Source: Lytechinus pictus
Taxonomy: Eukaryota
Reading direction: 5' to 3'
DNA length: 64,000 nucleotides
Assembly: GCF_037042905.1 (NCBI RefSeq)
Contig: NC_087251.1
Location: forward strand, 30,320,001-30,384,000
The translations under genes were made by a program, and so were the position numbers. The notes under the pieces are model-generated. The model did no database searches. It was not told where the DNA came from and saw only the letters and a program-made list of their open reading frames with translations. Shown here in pieces: positions 61,949 to 64,000 of this stretch (within the stretch, counting starts at the first letter, position 1; each line of letters opens with the position of its first letter).

Positions 61949-63413
61949 CTGATCTCAATTAATGATCCTATTTATGAGCTTGTGATAAATTTTGATCACT
62001 GTTGATCAGCACAATGACCATTTACACCATTCTTATTTATCCGAAGAGAATGATAATCGTTATAAGGTTTTGCTTATTTCTGTTAAGTGTTTATTAAGGG
62101 TTGATGTACAATCAGGGTATGTTTTAAAGGGGGCATTATGTGCATCATAAAACATATATGTGAACTGTAATTTCAAATCTATGATGGCAATCTATTAGGC
62201 ACTACTGAAACTTTGATCAAACTACAAGAGAAAAAATACTAAGATACACGTTTACTTCTCAAAATTTACCATATCTGGCATGTTAGGGCAAAAAAATAAA
62301 TACTGCCCCATTTCGTGTTTTTCTTCTTTCAATGTCGAGCCCTCTCACCTTAAATATTAGCAATCTTTAGAAGTGTTTACCAATCAGTATTAATAATTTA
62401 AACGCAGTTGTTTAAAAAAGTTGAAAACCCCCAAAGCTACAGATATGTGATTTTCGTGACTATCAACCCAAAGTATAGGGTGCCAGTTTTATCCAAAAGA
62501 ATCCCCTCCAAATTTGGCGTTTTTATACATCGTTAAACATGACTTGAATAACGTCTTTGTCTTTGAGGAAAATGCAACAAACTTAAAATGTTTACTTCGC
62601 ACGCATCCTCTTCTATTCAGACAGTCCACATTCCAAGGAATTGTCAAATCAATTTCTGTCCAAAAGTACCCTCTCCGAAAAGCAATCTGAAAAGAGACGG
62701 ATGTATGCCCTTATTGTAAAATAACCCTAAATACTTTCCATGTAACATTGTTGAATGTATTTTGATCCATTTTGGTCATTTTAGCCTCGACCATGTACAC
62801 TTGTGTCCACTACAGTGTGTATCCCCCAAAACGTTAAATTGTGGAAAACTATTTTTCTGAATAAGAGTGAGATTTTTTGGTATTGATAGATGCTCTAAAG
62901 TCTTCGATTTCAGATGACTTTTCGTCCAGGAGGTAAAAAAAAACGGCTTGCGCCAAAATAATGGACATAATTTCAAGCAGTACTCACAATCGAACAATCG
63001 CTCATTGCATACATGTATGTGGTTATGTGTGATGTAATTGTGGATTCCATTGAAAAGGTTAGGTGTAATAACATCGTCACTGTTTTTTAAAGCAAGAGCT
63101 TGACCAAACTCCCTGCTTGAAGTACAAAAAATAAGTTGTTAGGCACATCGAAATATCAATGATTTAGCTGTTACAACCAAAGAATAGTTCTAAATTATAA
63201 TTCTTTTTCATGTGAATAATTGCTCGATAAGCAATATCTTTTAACAACGTGATTTTTAAAAACAATTTTGTCTACCTGTTTTCAGAGTCATAAGTAATGA
63301 AACTTTCTAAGTCAAAAGGCTGGTAATTGAGTTAAATCCCTATTCATTATTTGTATTTGTTTTCATGTATTGAAGATCCTAATGATAATTACACATTAGT
63401 TATGTTAGTAATC

Positions 63414-63660
63414 TTATAAACAGAATATTGCACTTTTGGTAATAAGTTTTATAATACTCATCGTTAACATAATCACACCCAAAAAAATGCGAGGAGCAAG
63501 TAATTTGGAGTATTCAATTGCTGCTTTTACTGTGAACATTTCCTTCATTTTTGGGCAAGTCATTTTTGGCACCATAAAGGTCAGTGTTCTGTCTCGCAAT
63601 GTTGTATCATCTGATAGAGGAGACTTAAGAGCATCTTGCAATATCAAAAAAATTGATCAT
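63414..63660 (-). mobile_element. Possible decayed LINE ORF2 C-terminus
   Basis: TLRDRTLTFMVPKMTCPKMKEMFTVKAAIEYSKL loosely fits the CR1/L2 C-terminal LR..L.VPK....F...A..WN.L pattern. Confidence 0.3.
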
Positions 63661-64000
63661 TAAACGAGTGTTACACCTCCTCTTGGCTACTTGTATTTAT
63701 TCTCGTTTCATTCAAACCTTGCCCCCCCCCCTCCCTTCAGATTAGTTGCATTTTCATTCATCATTTCATCTCTTTAATTTTCAACTGTTCTCACCCGATT
63801 GATGTTGGGCTATAACTCAAGGTCAATCATATCCAACTTAACCCATGACTTTGTCATCTTTCTTCATCAAACAATTTCATTATCTCACCTTTTCTACATC
63901 CCTTCCTCACTTCTCTCTTTTTCTCTCTCATATTCCCACATCTCTTTCTCACACTCCCTCTCTCACATCTTCTCTCTCTCTTTTTTTTGGGGGGGTCCTT

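Overview
AT-rich, intron-containing animal genomic DNA; the repeat repertoire suggests an invertebrate deuterostome such as a sea urchin (inference, not confirmed). The only clear host gene is proteasome subunit alpha type-6 (PSMA6), + strand: six coding exons at 527-13593 with canonical GT-AG junctions and a TAA stop; its first coding exon lies upstream of the window. Most of the rest is transposon-derived and heavily nested. It includes a decayed hAT transposase element with a 7-bp target duplication in a PSMA6 intron and two multi-kb foldback elements with TAG...CTA ends and 3-bp duplications (Academ-like) packed with YY1-consensus-like motifs. A ~0.7-kb palindromic element with 16-bp CpG-rich terminal arrays has been inflated to 6 kb by nested insertions. 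Also present are Helentron/DINE-like elements, hAT, Harbinger, Kolobok, piggyBac and CACTG-type MITEs, decayed LINE fragments and two tRNA-derived SINEs. I found no CRISPR array, RNA gene or intact transposase. TE family assignments rest on termini, target-site duplications (TSDs) and motifs read by eye, and internal boundaries are approximate.
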